NCBI GenBank assembly: GCA_012797845.1
Contig: JAAZOH010000004.1
Coordinates: 1,658-65,657 of the forward strand
Origin: Candidatus Beckwithbacteria bacterium
Lineage (GTDB): Bacteria; Patescibacteriota; Microgenomatia; UBA1400; UBA1449
Direction of reading: 5' to 3'
Length of the DNA stretch: 64,000 bases
Shown here piece after piece: positions 28,599 to 38,903 of the stretch. The translations under genes and the position numbers were made by a program. A model generated the notes under the pieces. That model saw only the letters and a program-made list of their open reading frames with translations. It made no database searches and was not told the DNA's origin. The number at the start of each line of letters is the position of its first letter. Within the stretch, counting starts at the first letter, position 1.

Positions 28599-30242
28599 TT
28601 ATTTAACTTTATAAATTTTTAAGCCTGGTTCTTCATAATCGATAATAAAATGTTCATCCAAAAATTGCTCGTTATTTTCAAACATACCCCGACTACTGCT
28701 ATCTAAAATGATCCAATCAATACTGTATTTTTTAATCAAATCTAAGGCCTGAGGTTCACCTTGATATATTTTCCTAACCTCTTCTAGTCTTGAATTATAA
28801 TCAATCCCCCAAGACCAAAGCCAACCCCGATAACCCATCATAATTTGTCGACCAGTTAAAACCGAAGCCCACTGTAAATGCCAATCACTGTTTAAGATAA
28901 TATCATTATGGCTAGATTTACGTCGAAGCATTTGCGCTAAATCGATTTCATGAGAAGTCAACATCGGTTGTTCATTAAATTGAAGTAGTCTAAATAGATC
29001 AAGAGTACCAGCTAAAATTAAAAAGATACATAATATAGTTGCAAGTAATTTGCCTGCTATTTTTTTCTGCCAGACAAAAGATAGCGCTTGGACTGCTAAA
29101 AAACACCAAAAAAGATACACCCAAATAAATAGTTTGGCATTATCCCAATCATAAGGCTGAAATAGCCAGATATTAGCCAATCCAAAAATCAGTAAAAAAG
29201 CCAGGTAAATGTTTCTTAGCTTAGTTTTTTTCCAAATTTGCCAAAAACCAATGGCAACCACTGGTAAAAAAACTCCCCAATTTTTAAACCAAAACAAAAA
29301 CCAAGCCCACAAAGTCCCATTATTATGAGCTAGCCAACCCAGTTGCAATCTCATAAAAGTGCCCAAGTCACGATCAAACCCCCAAAGAAAAAATGGTAAA
29401 GCAGTTAGAAATGCTCCTGCGCCAAAAAGTAACCACTTATACCAATACCGATAAGACATCAATAGTAGCCAAAAACATAGAAAGAAAAGAACAATAACTG
29501 TATGAACATGAACATAGGTGAGTAGTCCAGTGACTAAACCGGCCAAGAAAAGAGTCAGGTTTTTGACTTTAAAATCTTTAAGATACAGCCAGATAACAAA
29601 ACAGAAAACCCAAATGCCCAAACCCATGCCAGCTAACATGGCTCGCTGTGGAATTAAAAAACCTAAAAACACGTTATACATCCAATACCCTAAATCAGGA
29701 ATATGCGTGTTGGCGTAGCGGATATTTTCCGACAAACTAGGGTCTTTTAAAAATTCTATAAACCCTAAACTTCCGCCAGTGAAAAACACACAAATTGCTA
29801 AAAAAATTTGAGCTTCATGTTTAACAAGCATTTTACCTAAGGTATATAAACCTAGTAAAAGTGAGAAAGAAAAAGCTATGGATGGTAAGACCATAGCTTG
29901 AGGTAGGGTAAAACCAACCTTTAAAAGATTAGCAGAAAGGAGATTGGTAAAAAGAGGATAAGCTAATTTTTGGCCATAAAACAAAGGATTATTAGCAAGA
30001 ACTGCTCCCAATGGTCTGGAATACAGATTCATAACCTGGCTAATATGCATAGCCCAATCAGCCCAAACAATCCACCAACCGGTGGTTAAATTACCATCGC
30101 TATCAACGTAAAGCATCTTGGGCCAAAAGGTAAGAAAAAAGACTCCCCAAGTTGCTAATAGAATCAGCAGCCAGCGATTTTTTTTAAAATCAAATTTAAA
30201 ATCTATATATGATTGGTGAGGAAATGATTTTTTCAACGCCAT
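28599..30242 (-). CDS. GT-C fold multi-TM glycosyltransferase-like protein
   Basis: WADWAMH first-loop motif, YPLF, PQRA, HVHT, WDNAK and many TM helices. Start is likely MALKKS. Confidence 0.7.
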   Translation of the reverse strand: MALKKSFPHQSYIDFKFDFKKNRWLLILLATWGVFFLTFWPKMLYVDSDGNLTTGWWIVWADWAMHISQVMNLYSRPLGAVLANNPLFYGQKLAYPLFTNLLSANLLKVGFTLPQAMVLPSIAFSFSLLLGLYTLGKMLVKHEAQIFLAICVFFTGGSLGFIEFLKDPSLSENIRYANTHIPDLGYWMYNVFLGFLIPQRAMLAGMGLGIWVFCFVIWLYLKDFKVKNLTLFLAGLVTGLLTYVHVHTVIVLFFLCFWLLLMSYRYWYKWLLFGAGAFLTALPFFLWGFDRDLGTFMRLQLGWLAHNNGTLWAWFLFWFKNWGVFLPVVAIGFWQIWKKTKLRNIYLAFLLIFGLANIWLFQPYDWDNAKLFIWVYLFWCFLAVQALSFVWQKKIAGKLLATILCIFLILAGTLDLFRLLQFNEQPMLTSHEIDLAQMLRRKSSHNDIILNSDWHLQWASVLTGRQIMMGYRGWLWSWGIDYNSRLEEVRKIYQGEPQALDLIKKYSIDWIILDSSSRGMFENNEQFLDEHFIIDYEEPGLKIYKVK

Positions 30243-31498
30243 GTAGTTAGCCAGCGATGCTGTTCGACATTTGGTTTTGATAAAGGAATCCCAGTCCAAA
30301 AAGGATAGAAATACCAAAAAGTTATAAAAACTGAAATCAAGAAAAAATAAACAAACGCCTTGAGGACAGCATTATGATACCAAATAAACCACAGGGTAAA
30401 AGCCAAGATAATGCACATAATGGGTACGGCTGGTAAGTAATGATACAAAAACATAATTCGGGGTGAATCAATCCATTGTAGCCAAGCCGTAGGATATGCT
30501 AGAAGCAAAAACCATAAATTTTTGTGCCTAGTAATTATGGCTAAAAAGAAAGTAAAAAAGACAGCTACAAAACCACACCAGAAAATCAAAGGATGTCCAA
30601 AGGCATAAATATTAGCAATTGTATCTTGCTGATAATTTACCCAAAACCAAACCGGTTTAAGATCCAATGGCCAGGAAATAGCTGGCGACTGTGAAGGGTG
30701 AGTAGCAACCAAATGAGAATGATACCAATACATTTGCTGATGCAGTTCAATAATTTTGTCAAAACCATAGTGCCAAAACACAAAACTAAAACTAAACGCA
30801 TAAACTACAAAACCAGCTGCAATATATAAAATCATGTGTTTGTAAAGTTTTAGAATATTTATAAGTATTGCCTTTGGATCACGAGACCACTTAGTGTGTA
30901 ATATAAAAAAAACAAAGACATATGCTAATACAAATACCCCAGTCCATTTACAGGCTGAAGCGGCTCCCCAAAAGAGCGCTGAAACAAAAAACTTTTTTTT
31001 AAGCAAAAAATAAATACTGGTAGTAATAAAAAGTGTTAACAATGAATCAACGAGGGCAATGCGGGATAGGGTTAGAACCAAACCATCGCAAGCTACTAAA
31101 AAAGCCGCTACTAAGGGAATAAATTTATTTTTAGGAAAAAGCAACTCGCTCAATTTAAAAACAACAAAACTAAGAAGTACGCCAGCTATCATAGGTGCTA
31201 ATCTTCGGGAAAAAGAACTTTGACCTAAAAGTCTAATTGGTAAAGACACAATAATTCGGCCTAGGGGAGGGTGGTCCCAGTTGTAAGCAAAACCTTCTGG
31301 TGCTGGATAATCCCAAACCCAAGCTTTATTATTTCCAGCTGCATACTGTTCGGCGGTAAAGCCGGCATACACTTCATCAAAAACGTACTCATTTGGATAA
31401 TACAGTTGCCAGGATTTAGTAATTACGGCAAAAAGCAAGATTACCAGTAAAAGTAAAGTATAGTAGTTCTTGTTAAAAAATTTACGTAAACGAAACAT
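30233..31498 (-). CDS. polyprenyl-phosphate-mannose protein O-mannosyltransferase (PMT, GT39-like)
   Basis: FDEVY, HPPLG, LSRIALVD, KWTG, HPSQS...W and FLYHYLP motifs. Confidence 0.88.
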   Translation of the reverse strand: MFRLRKFFNKNYYTLLLLVILLFAVITKSWQLYYPNEYVFDEVYAGFTAEQYAAGNNKAWVWDYPAPEGFAYNWDHPPLGRIIVSLPIRLLGQSSFSRRLAPMIAGVLLSFVVFKLSELLFPKNKFIPLVAAFLVACDGLVLTLSRIALVDSLLTLFITTSIYFLLKKKFFVSALFWGAASACKWTGVFVLAYVFVFFILHTKWSRDPKAILINILKLYKHMILYIAAGFVVYAFSFSFVFWHYGFDKIIELHQQMYWYHSHLVATHPSQSPAISWPLDLKPVWFWVNYQQDTIANIYAFGHPLIFWCGFVAVFFTFFLAIITRHKNLWFLLLAYPTAWLQWIDSPRIMFLYHYLPAVPIMCIILAFTLWFIWYHNAVLKAFVYFFLISVFITFWYFYPFWTGIPLSKPNVEQHRWLTTWR

Positions 31499-31501
31499 AA
31501 C

Positions 31502-32362
31502 TTAAAGTAGTAAAAGTAGTAAGCCAATAGTAACACCAATCACTCCAGTCAATTTTTTGCGATTTAAATCGTCTTTGTAAAAATAGGCAGCACATAACGT
31601 TACCAGAGAAATTGAAGCTGCATTCATAGCATTAATGTATCCAGGGTTGGGTGCAAATTTATACCCTATTTGCATAAATAAATTAAACAACATAGCGCTA
31701 ACCCCAATTAAGATCAATATTTTCAGTTGGGAGCTGTTATACAAAAATTGTTTTTTTCTTATTTTCATTTCTATGATAGTAAATAACGAGACAAATAGAA
31801 AAATATAAAAAAGAAAAACTAATATTTCTATTCCCTGTCCAATAAAATATTTTGAAGCTAAAGCTAAGCCACCCCAAGCAAAAAAAGCACCGAAAGCATA
31901 TAGAACCCAAGTTTTTGAAGCTCTGACTTCTTTTTGTTTATTTTTATCAACCATAATCACGGCACTAAAAATAATAATGAGTAAAATCGCCATTATTTCT
32001 TTAGCTGACAAAGCTGAATCGAAAATTAAAACTGCAGTCAAGGTGGTAAAAATGACGTAACTTTTGGACAGAATTAAGCTATAGCCAGGATTTGGAGCCA
32101 AACGAATACTATTTAATGAAAACACATTTCCTAAGTAACTTAGAAAAAAACCAGCTAATGCAAAAACACCGATCCAATGCCAAGGAATAAATAACGAATT
32201 GGATTGAAATACATTCATCACTAGAAAAATGAAAGTTGGGATAGCAAACATAGCAAAATTATTAAAAACTGTTTCAGTTTTCAGTTGTTGACTTTTGCGC
32301 ACCAGAAGATATAAAGCAACAGAAGATATGAGCATAATAAAACCTGCCAAGATCCAGTTCAT
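31502..32362 (-). CDS. EamA/DMT family transporter
   Basis: About 10 TM helices with an internal duplication (APNPGY twice). Confidence 0.8.
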   Translation of the reverse strand: MNWILAGFIMLISSVALYLLVRKSQQLKTETVFNNFAMFAIPTFIFLVMNVFQSNSLFIPWHWIGVFALAGFFLSYLGNVFSLNSIRLAPNPGYSLILSKSYVIFTTLTAVLIFDSALSAKEIMAILLIIIFSAVIMVDKNKQKEVRASKTWVLYAFGAFFAWGGLALASKYFIGQGIEILVFLFYIFLFVSLFTIIEMKIRKKQFLYNSSQLKILILIGVSAMLFNLFMQIGYKFAPNPGYINAMNAASISLVTLCAAYFYKDDLNRKKLTGVIGVTIGLLLLLL

Positions 32363-32405
32363 ATATAGAATTATAGTCTACAGAAAAGTTTGTGTTAATT
32401 AGAGT

Positions 32406-33647
32406 TTAGAGGAGAAGTCCGATTGCTACCAAGACCACCCCACCAAGTGTAAATAGGAAAGTGGGTGGTAAACCTCCAGCTTTGGGAAGCTCAGGGGCTT
32501 TAGGAGGTTGAGGTGTATCTGTTGGAGTAGCTGTAGGAGTTGGAGTAGAGCAAGTACAGTCAGACTCTTCGTTACATGATGGATTGACGCAACGTTTGGT
32601 ACCATTGATTTCTTCGCAAGTCATACTGCCACTGCATTCATCATCGTTATTACACTCACCCCAACAGTCAGGACAGCTACAATCAGTTTGCAGAGGGCAG
32701 TCATTATTGACACATCGATTAACCCCATTGATGCTTTTACATGTCAAACTATCTGGGCAATCTTCACTTGAATCACATTCTTCATAACATCCTGGACAGC
32801 TACAGCTTTCACTAGTTGGACATGATGAATTAATACATCTCATAACCCCATCAACACTTTGACAAGATAAACTATCAGGACATTCATCCTTATTATTACA
32901 CTCTTGATAACAAGTTGGGCAACTACAATCAGTTTGTAAGGGACAACTAGCATTAACACACATTTTTTGGACAATATTGTTGTAAGTTACATCTTTACAA
33001 ATTAGTCCACTAGTACAGTCCGCATCAGTCGAACAATTACCAGAATAACATGAATTTTGGCCAACACTAAAATTAATCTCGCACACATTAGCACTAGGTG
33101 TGCTTTCATCTTCACCTTCAAGTTGAAAGACTTCTGGGGTAGTAGCTTGTTGGCTAACAGTACTACTGGGAGTTTGAGTGTCGGAAACGATGTCTTGCTG
33201 ATTTGTTTTTAAATAAACCAACATTAAACCAGCAGTTACAATCAAGCCTGTAAAAAGTAGAATTGGTACAATTAAAAATACAGTTTTCAAAACCGAATGT
33301 TTAGGCTTTGTTGAGTTTTCAGGTTCCTGTTTTGGTTGTTCCAGTTTCTTTTTTTCAGGAGGTTCAGACTTAGAATCTGCTTTATTTTCATCAATAGTAT
33401 TTTCTAAAGGAGTTGGAGGAAGAGTGCTGCTTATTGTGTTTTGTTCTGTTGCTAAAGAAGTTGGTTGAATAAGTGCTTCATCTATGTCTATTTTTTCCGG
33501 ATTTACTTTTTCCTCCATGGAAGTAGGTTTAACTGTGTTATCAATAGTATCTATATGAACTGGATTACTATGCTTATGAGGTTTATTGAAATTGGGTGTT
33601 TTAACTAAGTGAGGTTTAGAAGTTGATGTATGATTATCAAAATCCAT
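32406..33647 (-). CDS. Cys-rich repeat surface protein with internal TM and C-terminal LPKAG+TM anchor
   Basis: Four ~41-aa repeats with 8 Cys each (32550-33050), a PT linker, and PELPKAGG followed by a hydrophobic tail. Confidence 0.75.
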   Translation of the reverse strand: MDFDNHTSTSKPHLVKTPNFNKPHKHSNPVHIDTIDNTVKPTSMEEKVNPEKIDIDEALIQPTSLATEQNTISSTLPPTPLENTIDENKADSKSEPPEKKKLEQPKQEPENSTKPKHSVLKTVFLIVPILLFTGLIVTAGLMLVYLKTNQQDIVSDTQTPSSTVSQQATTPEVFQLEGEDESTPSANVCEINFSVGQNSCYSGNCSTDADCTSGLICKDVTYNNIVQKMCVNASCPLQTDCSCPTCYQECNNKDECPDSLSCQSVDGVMRCINSSCPTSESCSCPGCYEECDSSEDCPDSLTCKSINGVNRCVNNDCPLQTDCSCPDCWGECNNDDECSGSMTCEEINGTKRCVNPSCNEESDCTCSTPTPTATPTDTPQPPKAPELPKAGGLPPTFLFTLGGVVLVAIGLLL

Positions 33648-33651
33648 AAAA

Positions 33652-35055
33652 TTAAGCCTTGTTTATAACCTTAGCATAGAATCCGGTGGTAAGTAAAACA
33701 AAACCAAGCAACAAAATCCCATAGGTTGGTAGTGAAAAACCAGAAGTGGGAGTTCCACTTTCAGTAGAGGGCATGCTACTGCGAGTAACTGAAGTAGCTG
33801 AAGGGGTAGCTTCAAAGGCTGGTAAATCATCGCCACCTACTCCAGCAGTAGCGATAACAAAGCTGCGGTTTAATGTCTGATTGTCACCATTACTATCAGT
33901 ATAATCAATGGTAAGTGTATGAGATCCCTCAGCTAGATTGGAGTTTGGACTATAGCTCCAGGTTCCTTCGCTATCTACTACTGCAGTAGCAGTTGTGGTA
34001 CCACTATCAATTTGAATTGTTAAAACTTTATTAGCAGGGCCTTCTCCAAAAAAATCAGGTTGAGTTGTGTTTAGTTCTTCGCCGTCATCAGCTGGATTAG
34101 TAATGCTTACAGGAATACTTTCAAGTGGATTTTGTTCTAATTCTTGGGCATAGGTTTCTGGCATTTCTCCGCTATCAGTAGCTTCTTCATCTGGCTCTAT
34201 TGGTAAAGCTTCTGGTTCTGTAGTTTCTTCATCTGTTGCAAGAATTTCATCAGTTGGAAAATCCTGAACTTCTTCATCAATAGTTGAAGGCATTGGCTCA
34301 GGTTCTGCTTGAGCTAAAGCTGTAAAGTCATAGGTTTGACCAAGAGTTATAGCTGGTACAGGAGAATCATTGGCAGTATTGGTAGTTACATTACTAGTTT
34401 TACCGTCACCTTGAACCATAATATCAATAATTGTTGTTTCCGGGTCATATTGAGCATACTCTGTGAGTTTAGTGGTGCGAGCATTTGCAAGACTAATGAG
34501 CCAACTACCATCCTTTTTAACTTGAGTTGAAAGAGGAGTTACGCCTGGAATAGTAACATACACAATAGAACCACTGGCAGGAGCACCACTTTCTAAACTA
34601 ACTGTTCCGTTGATCAAATCAGTTGGAGGTTGTGAACCTAGGGTGGGAGCGGTTTTTACAGAATATGCTTCACCATTATCATTAAAAGAGATTAGTTTTT
34701 CTCCTGATTTAATCTCAAAATTATACGTAGTGGCAGGTTGCAAACCGGTAATTGTAGCGTGATGAACTTTATAATCCTGAGCTTGGCCTGTTAGCTGATC
34801 ATTATCATCAAGTTGTACTTGGTCAAGTTTGCCTTTGCTGCCATAGGCAATTGATCCTTTAGTAGCAGCATCGGTCAGCCATGAGACGGTAAAGCGGTCA
34901 TGAGAAACATTGGTAATTTTGACTTTTTTAGGGGTAATAGTTGGATCTTTCTGAAATGTCAGAAGGCCTTTTTGATAAACAAAATAGCCACCAAAGAGTA
35001 AAGCAATCAAAACAACAGTAACTCCAAGATAAGTAAATAATTGCTTTGTATTCAT
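33652..35055 (-). CDS. surface protein with FN3-like and Ig-like domains
   Basis: ITNV...FTVSW.T...H...ITGLQP.TTYNF (FN3-like), then P...G....VDSEGTWSY....L.EG.HTLTI (Big-like). N-terminal TM and C-terminal TPTSG+TM. Confidence 0.75.
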   Translation of the reverse strand: MNTKQLFTYLGVTVVLIALLFGGYFVYQKGLLTFQKDPTITPKKVKITNVSHDRFTVSWLTDAATKGSIAYGSKGKLDQVQLDDNDQLTGQAQDYKVHHATITGLQPATTYNFEIKSGEKLISFNDNGEAYSVKTAPTLGSQPPTDLINGTVSLESGAPASGSIVYVTIPGVTPLSTQVKKDGSWLISLANARTTKLTEYAQYDPETTIIDIMVQGDGKTSNVTTNTANDSPVPAITLGQTYDFTALAQAEPEPMPSTIDEEVQDFPTDEILATDEETTEPEALPIEPDEEATDSGEMPETYAQELEQNPLESIPVSITNPADDGEELNTTQPDFFGEGPANKVLTIQIDSGTTTATAVVDSEGTWSYSPNSNLAEGSHTLTIDYTDSNGDNQTLNRSFVIATAGVGGDDLPAFEATPSATSVTRSSMPSTESGTPTSGFSLPTYGILLLGFVLLTTGFYAKVINKA

Positions 35056-35072
35056 AGAGCAGTTTAATATGT

Positions 35073-35420
35073 TTATTCTAATTCTCCGGAACCACTAGCT
35101 ATTAGCTCTTGTACCTGGGCAGGTAGAGAGACTCGATTATTAGCTGTATTAATACTAGCAGATTTGCTGATGCTAATGCTAGTATAAGGTTCGATTTTTG
35201 CTAGATCGATTCTAGGTACTACAAACCTACCTTGAACAAGATCAATAGCCTGTTGGTTAAATAAATTTTTGATAGGTTTAGCTGCTGCTTTAGCAGTTGT
35301 GGTTGCAAAATTGACATTTTTACTTTTACTCATATCAATAAAAAACCAGAGCAAACTAGTGATTAAAAGTAAAAAAGTAATAATAAACCAGTGGTTAATG
35401 CCTTGACGTTTATTTGCCAT
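35073..35420 (-). CDS. single-TM hypothetical protein downstream of pilO
   Basis: N-terminal TM and position in the pilN-pilO run. Start is likely MANKRQ. Confidence 0.55.
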   Translation of the reverse strand: MANKRQGINHWFIITFLLLITSLLWFFIDMSKSKNVNFATTTAKAAAKPIKNLFNQQAIDLVQGRFVVPRIDLAKIEPYTSISISKSASINTANNRVSLPAQVQELIASGSGELE

Positions 35421-35424
35421 ACAT

Positions 35425-36081
35425 TTATTCTTCCAGTTTGTTACCAAAATAAACAGTACATCTTAGATTTAAGCTCAGTTGAGATGACTGTTTACCTGTT
35501 TGTAAAACTGCAGTATCTATATGAGCAATACGAATATGCTGCTCCAAATCATTGATAAATTTTTTAATACCCTCATAAGAGCCCTGAGCATTGAGGTTGA
35601 TCGAAATAGCCTTCACCCCGTTTGGTAGCTGTTGTTTTTTACTCTCTGTTTTAGATGGGTCTTCATCTATTTCAGTTTGATCAAATAAGGGAAATTCTGA
35701 AAAAGAAAGCGAGGAAACGAGTAAATCATTCCTTTGGATAAAATAGCGAAGCTGTTGTTCAAAGAGTAAAAAATTATGATCATCCGGTAAAGCTTGATCT
35801 GCCAAAGAGATTGTCTGAGACATAGTTTCATAACTAGCGTTTAGGCTTTGAATAGTGTTAATTTTGGTCACTAATGATTTATTTAACGTATCAAATTCTT
35901 CTATTTTGTCTTGAAGTTGGGAAATAGTAATAATGGTAGGTTTGACTGCGAAAAGAAATAAAGCAATCACCAGGATTACTGATAAAACAAAATCCAGAGA
36001 AGCTTGGGCAAAAGGGTTATTGCGATACTTCTCGTACGTTTTGTTGTAATTACCGAACTGATCAAGATCAAGTGTTTTCAT
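35425..36081 (-). CDS. pilO: type IV pilus assembly protein PilO
   Basis: TM, coiled coil, ALP and GSYEGIKKFINDLEQHIRI motifs. Confidence 0.8.
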   Translation of the reverse strand: MKTLDLDQFGNYNKTYEKYRNNPFAQASLDFVLSVILVIALFLFAVKPTIITISQLQDKIEEFDTLNKSLVTKINTIQSLNASYETMSQTISLADQALPDDHNFLLFEQQLRYFIQRNDLLVSSLSFSEFPLFDQTEIDEDPSKTESKKQQLPNGVKAISINLNAQGSYEGIKKFINDLEQHIRIAHIDTAVLQTGKQSSQLSLNLRCTVYFGNKLEE

Positions 36082-36644
36082 AACTCGGTTTTAGCTAAAT
36101 CACAAGATAATTTTATAGAAAAACTGATTTCTGGATCAGACAATCCTCCTGAACTTAATTCATCAATAACTATTTCAGAAAACTGAGGCTGAATTTGTAA
36201 TGATGCCAACATATTTGAAAAAACAGTTTCATTTGGCACTGTTCCTTCAAAAGATAACTGTTGCTGATTTAAAGTAATAGTTTCTAAGACGGCTGTTTTT
36301 GGCAAATTATGTTCAAGTAGATTAATAGCTTCAGACAGTGACTGATCATCTTTTGTTAAAGTGTCAATGTTATCAAGGCGGTTTTGTAATTTTCTGATTT
36401 TGATTTCAGTATCACCGAGCTGCTGAATAATATCTGTGTTACTTTCAATATTTTCAGCTAATTGATCTACTTTGCGATCAAGACTAAAACGAACCAAAAG
36501 TGCGATGATAATAATGAGAAAAGTTCCAAATAAAATCAGCTTACCAATACGCAGAGCCCAATTAAAAGTTTGACCTACAGGACTTGCTTCAAAGGATTTA
36601 CTGGAAAGCAAATTGATAGCAATAGAAGACTGTTTTTTAGCCAT
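36078..36644 (-). CDS. pilN: type IV pilus assembly protein PilN
   Basis: INLL motif, TM, coiled coil, LPKTAVL..I...G and F.EIVI pattern. Confidence 0.8.
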   Translation of the reverse strand: MAKKQSSIAINLLSSKSFEASPVGQTFNWALRIGKLILFGTFLIIIIALLVRFSLDRKVDQLAENIESNTDIIQQLGDTEIKIRKLQNRLDNIDTLTKDDQSLSEAINLLEHNLPKTAVLETITLNQQQLSFEGTVPNETVFSNMLASLQIQPQFSEIVIDELSSGGLSDPEISFSIKLSCDLAKTEL

Positions 36645-36798
36645 TGTGGACAGGTTTACAATTAGCAATTATTTGTCTAAAGGAATTTGGCTATAGCCGA
36701 GATAAAAACACCAAATTTGCCCAGCAGACAAACCTACTTCCATTATAGGCAAGTACACACTCAAGTGTAAAGAAGGGAAAATTGTTTAAAAACTAAAA

Positions 36799-37077
36799 TT
36801 AAGCTTTTTTAGCAGTTTTTTTGTCGCTGTTTTTAGGAGTGGTAGCCTGATTAAGTTTAGCTAATTGGCTTTTAAGTCTGGCTACTTTATTTTTATGAAA
36901 CAGTTTCCGTTTGATAGCTTTATCTAGAGATGAAAAAGCTTCACTTAAATTTTCCTTGGTAGGAGTTTGATAAGCCTTTTTAAGCATAGTTTTAGCTTTG
37001 CTTTTAACCGGCTTATTAAAACTAGCGCGACGTTTACTTTGACGAAGAGCTTTTTTAGCTGATTTGATGATTGGCAT
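36799..37077 (-). CDS. rpsT: 30S ribosomal protein S20
   Basis: MPIIKSAKKALRQS...LDKA......HKNKVARLKS. Confidence 0.95.
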   Translation of the reverse strand: MPIIKSAKKALRQSKRRASFNKPVKSKAKTMLKKAYQTPTKENLSEAFSSLDKAIKRKLFHKNKVARLKSQLAKLNQATTPKNSDKKTAKKA

Positions 37078-37197
37078 ACGTTATATTTCAATTTTCAATT
37101 TCACAATTGAAAGAATTGATTATTCTATTCAAAATTACTGTCGGATTTTACCATTTTGTATCTTTGATTACAAGAGAGCAGCTGTTATCATATCTTC

Positions 37198-38883
37198 ATG
37201 GTTGGAAAACTATTTAAAACTGGTGGTCGATTTTTTTCTTCAAAACAAAACTCGATTTTATCAGCAGCCTTTATTTTAATGATGGCTGTGATGATTTCCC
37301 GAGTTTTAGGGTTGGTGCGAAACCGCTTATTGGCCGGAACTTTTTTTGGAGGACAGGAATGGCAACTGGATGCGTACTATGCAGCTTTTACCTTGCCTGA
37401 CATGATTTTTCAGTTGATTGTACTGGGAGCGCTATCTTCAGCTTTTATTCCGGTTTATAGCTCTTACTTAAAAAAAAATGAAGATGAAGCCTGGCAGATT
37501 TCTTATGGAGTGATTACTTTGGCTATTATTGGCTTTAGTCTTTTATCAATTGTTATTTTTATCTTTGCTTACCCTTTAAGTAGTTTGATTGCTCCCAATT
37601 TTCCATCTGAAAGTTTGCTTGTCATGACCAAACTAACTAGGGTGATGTTGTTAGCGCAATTGTTTTTTTTAGTCTCAAATTTTTTTACAGGAATTTTACA
37701 ATCACATCAAAGGTTTTTATTGCCGGCAATAGCACCAATCTTATATAACTTAGGCATTATTAGTGGCATTGTCTTACTGGCTCCACAATTTGGGATTTAT
37801 GGTCCGGCTATTGGAGTAGTTGTCGGAGCTTTATTACATTTGTTAGTACAGCTGCCATTGGTTAAAAAAATTGGTTTTGCCTATAAGCCAAGGCTAGGAC
37901 TTAATCTTAAGGGTGTAAGAAAAATTGGCAAATTGATGATTCCTCGGACTTTAGCTTTAGCAGTAAGCCAAATCGAAGCTGTATTAGCCGTTTTTTTAGG
38001 TTCGGCAATGGTGGCTGGTTCTATTAGTATTTTTAATTTTGCCCAATCAATTTATGCGCTACCAATAGGTTTGTTTGGTTTAACTATTGGCCAAGCGGCT
38101 TTCCCCATGCTTTCTAAAGAAACCGATGATGAATCTAATCTTATGCAATTTAAAAACTTGTTTTTATCTTCGTTTAAACAAATTTTGTATTTGACCTTAC
38201 CCTCTAGCGCATTGTTACTGGTTTTACGGGTACCTTTGGTCAGAATTGTAGTTGGAGCCAAAACTTTTCCCTGGGAAGCTACGCTTTTAACCAGCCAAGC
38301 GGTGGCTATTTTAGCCTTATCTGTTGCGGCCCAAGCAGTGATCCAACTTTTAGTCAGATCATTTTATGCGTTGCAAGACACCAAAACGCCTTTGTTCATT
38401 GGCATGGTTTCAGTTTTAACTAATGTAGTTTTGAGCTTTTATTTTGTTAACTCTTTAAAATTTGGAGTTATTGGTTTGGCTTTGTCATTTACTCTTGCAG
38501 GGATTTTTCAAGCCATTTTATTATTTAGCTTTTTAAATAAAAAAATACACTATTTACCTATAAGCGAATGGGGTTTGCCCATCTTTAAAATGCTCATTGC
38601 TACGGTTTTAACTGGTGTATCTTTATGGTTACCGATGCGATTACTAGACCGCTTTATTTTGGATACGACTAGAACTATCAATTTATTGGTTTTGACTGTA
38701 GTAGCTGGGGCGTGTGGATTTATCGTCTATCTTGTTTTTTCTAAAATTTTACAAATTAAAGAGCTGGATCAGTTTTTGAAGATTTTTGAAAAATTTGGAG
38801 CGTGGCGCAAAGTCTTTGATGAAAGTGAGGAAGTTTTAGCCGAGCCTTCAGCTATCTCCCAATCTGCTCCACTTCAAGAGTAA
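37198..38883 (+). CDS. murJ: lipid II flippase MurJ/MviN
   Basis: SRVLGLVR, DAYYAAF.LPD, GALSSAFIP and SFYALQDTKTP motifs. Confidence 0.95.
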   Translation: MVGKLFKTGGRFFSSKQNSILSAAFILMMAVMISRVLGLVRNRLLAGTFFGGQEWQLDAYYAAFTLPDMIFQLIVLGALSSAFIPVYSSYLKKNEDEAWQISYGVITLAIIGFSLLSIVIFIFAYPLSSLIAPNFPSESLLVMTKLTRVMLLAQLFFLVSNFFTGILQSHQRFLLPAIAPILYNLGIISGIVLLAPQFGIYGPAIGVVVGALLHLLVQLPLVKKIGFAYKPRLGLNLKGVRKIGKLMIPRTLALAVSQIEAVLAVFLGSAMVAGSISIFNFAQSIYALPIGLFGLTIGQAAFPMLSKETDDESNLMQFKNLFLSSFKQILYLTLPSSALLLVLRVPLVRIVVGAKTFPWEATLLTSQAVAILALSVAAQAVIQLLVRSFYALQDTKTPLFIGMVSVLTNVVLSFYFVNSLKFGVIGLALSFTLAGIFQAILLFSFLNKKIHYLPISEWGLPIFKMLIATVLTGVSLWLPMRLLDRFILDTTRTINLLVLTVVAGACGFIVYLVFSKILQIKELDQFLKIFEKFGAWRKVFDESEEVLAEPSAISQSAPLQE

Positions 38884-38903
38884 ATTGTATATAATATCAA
38901 GCT

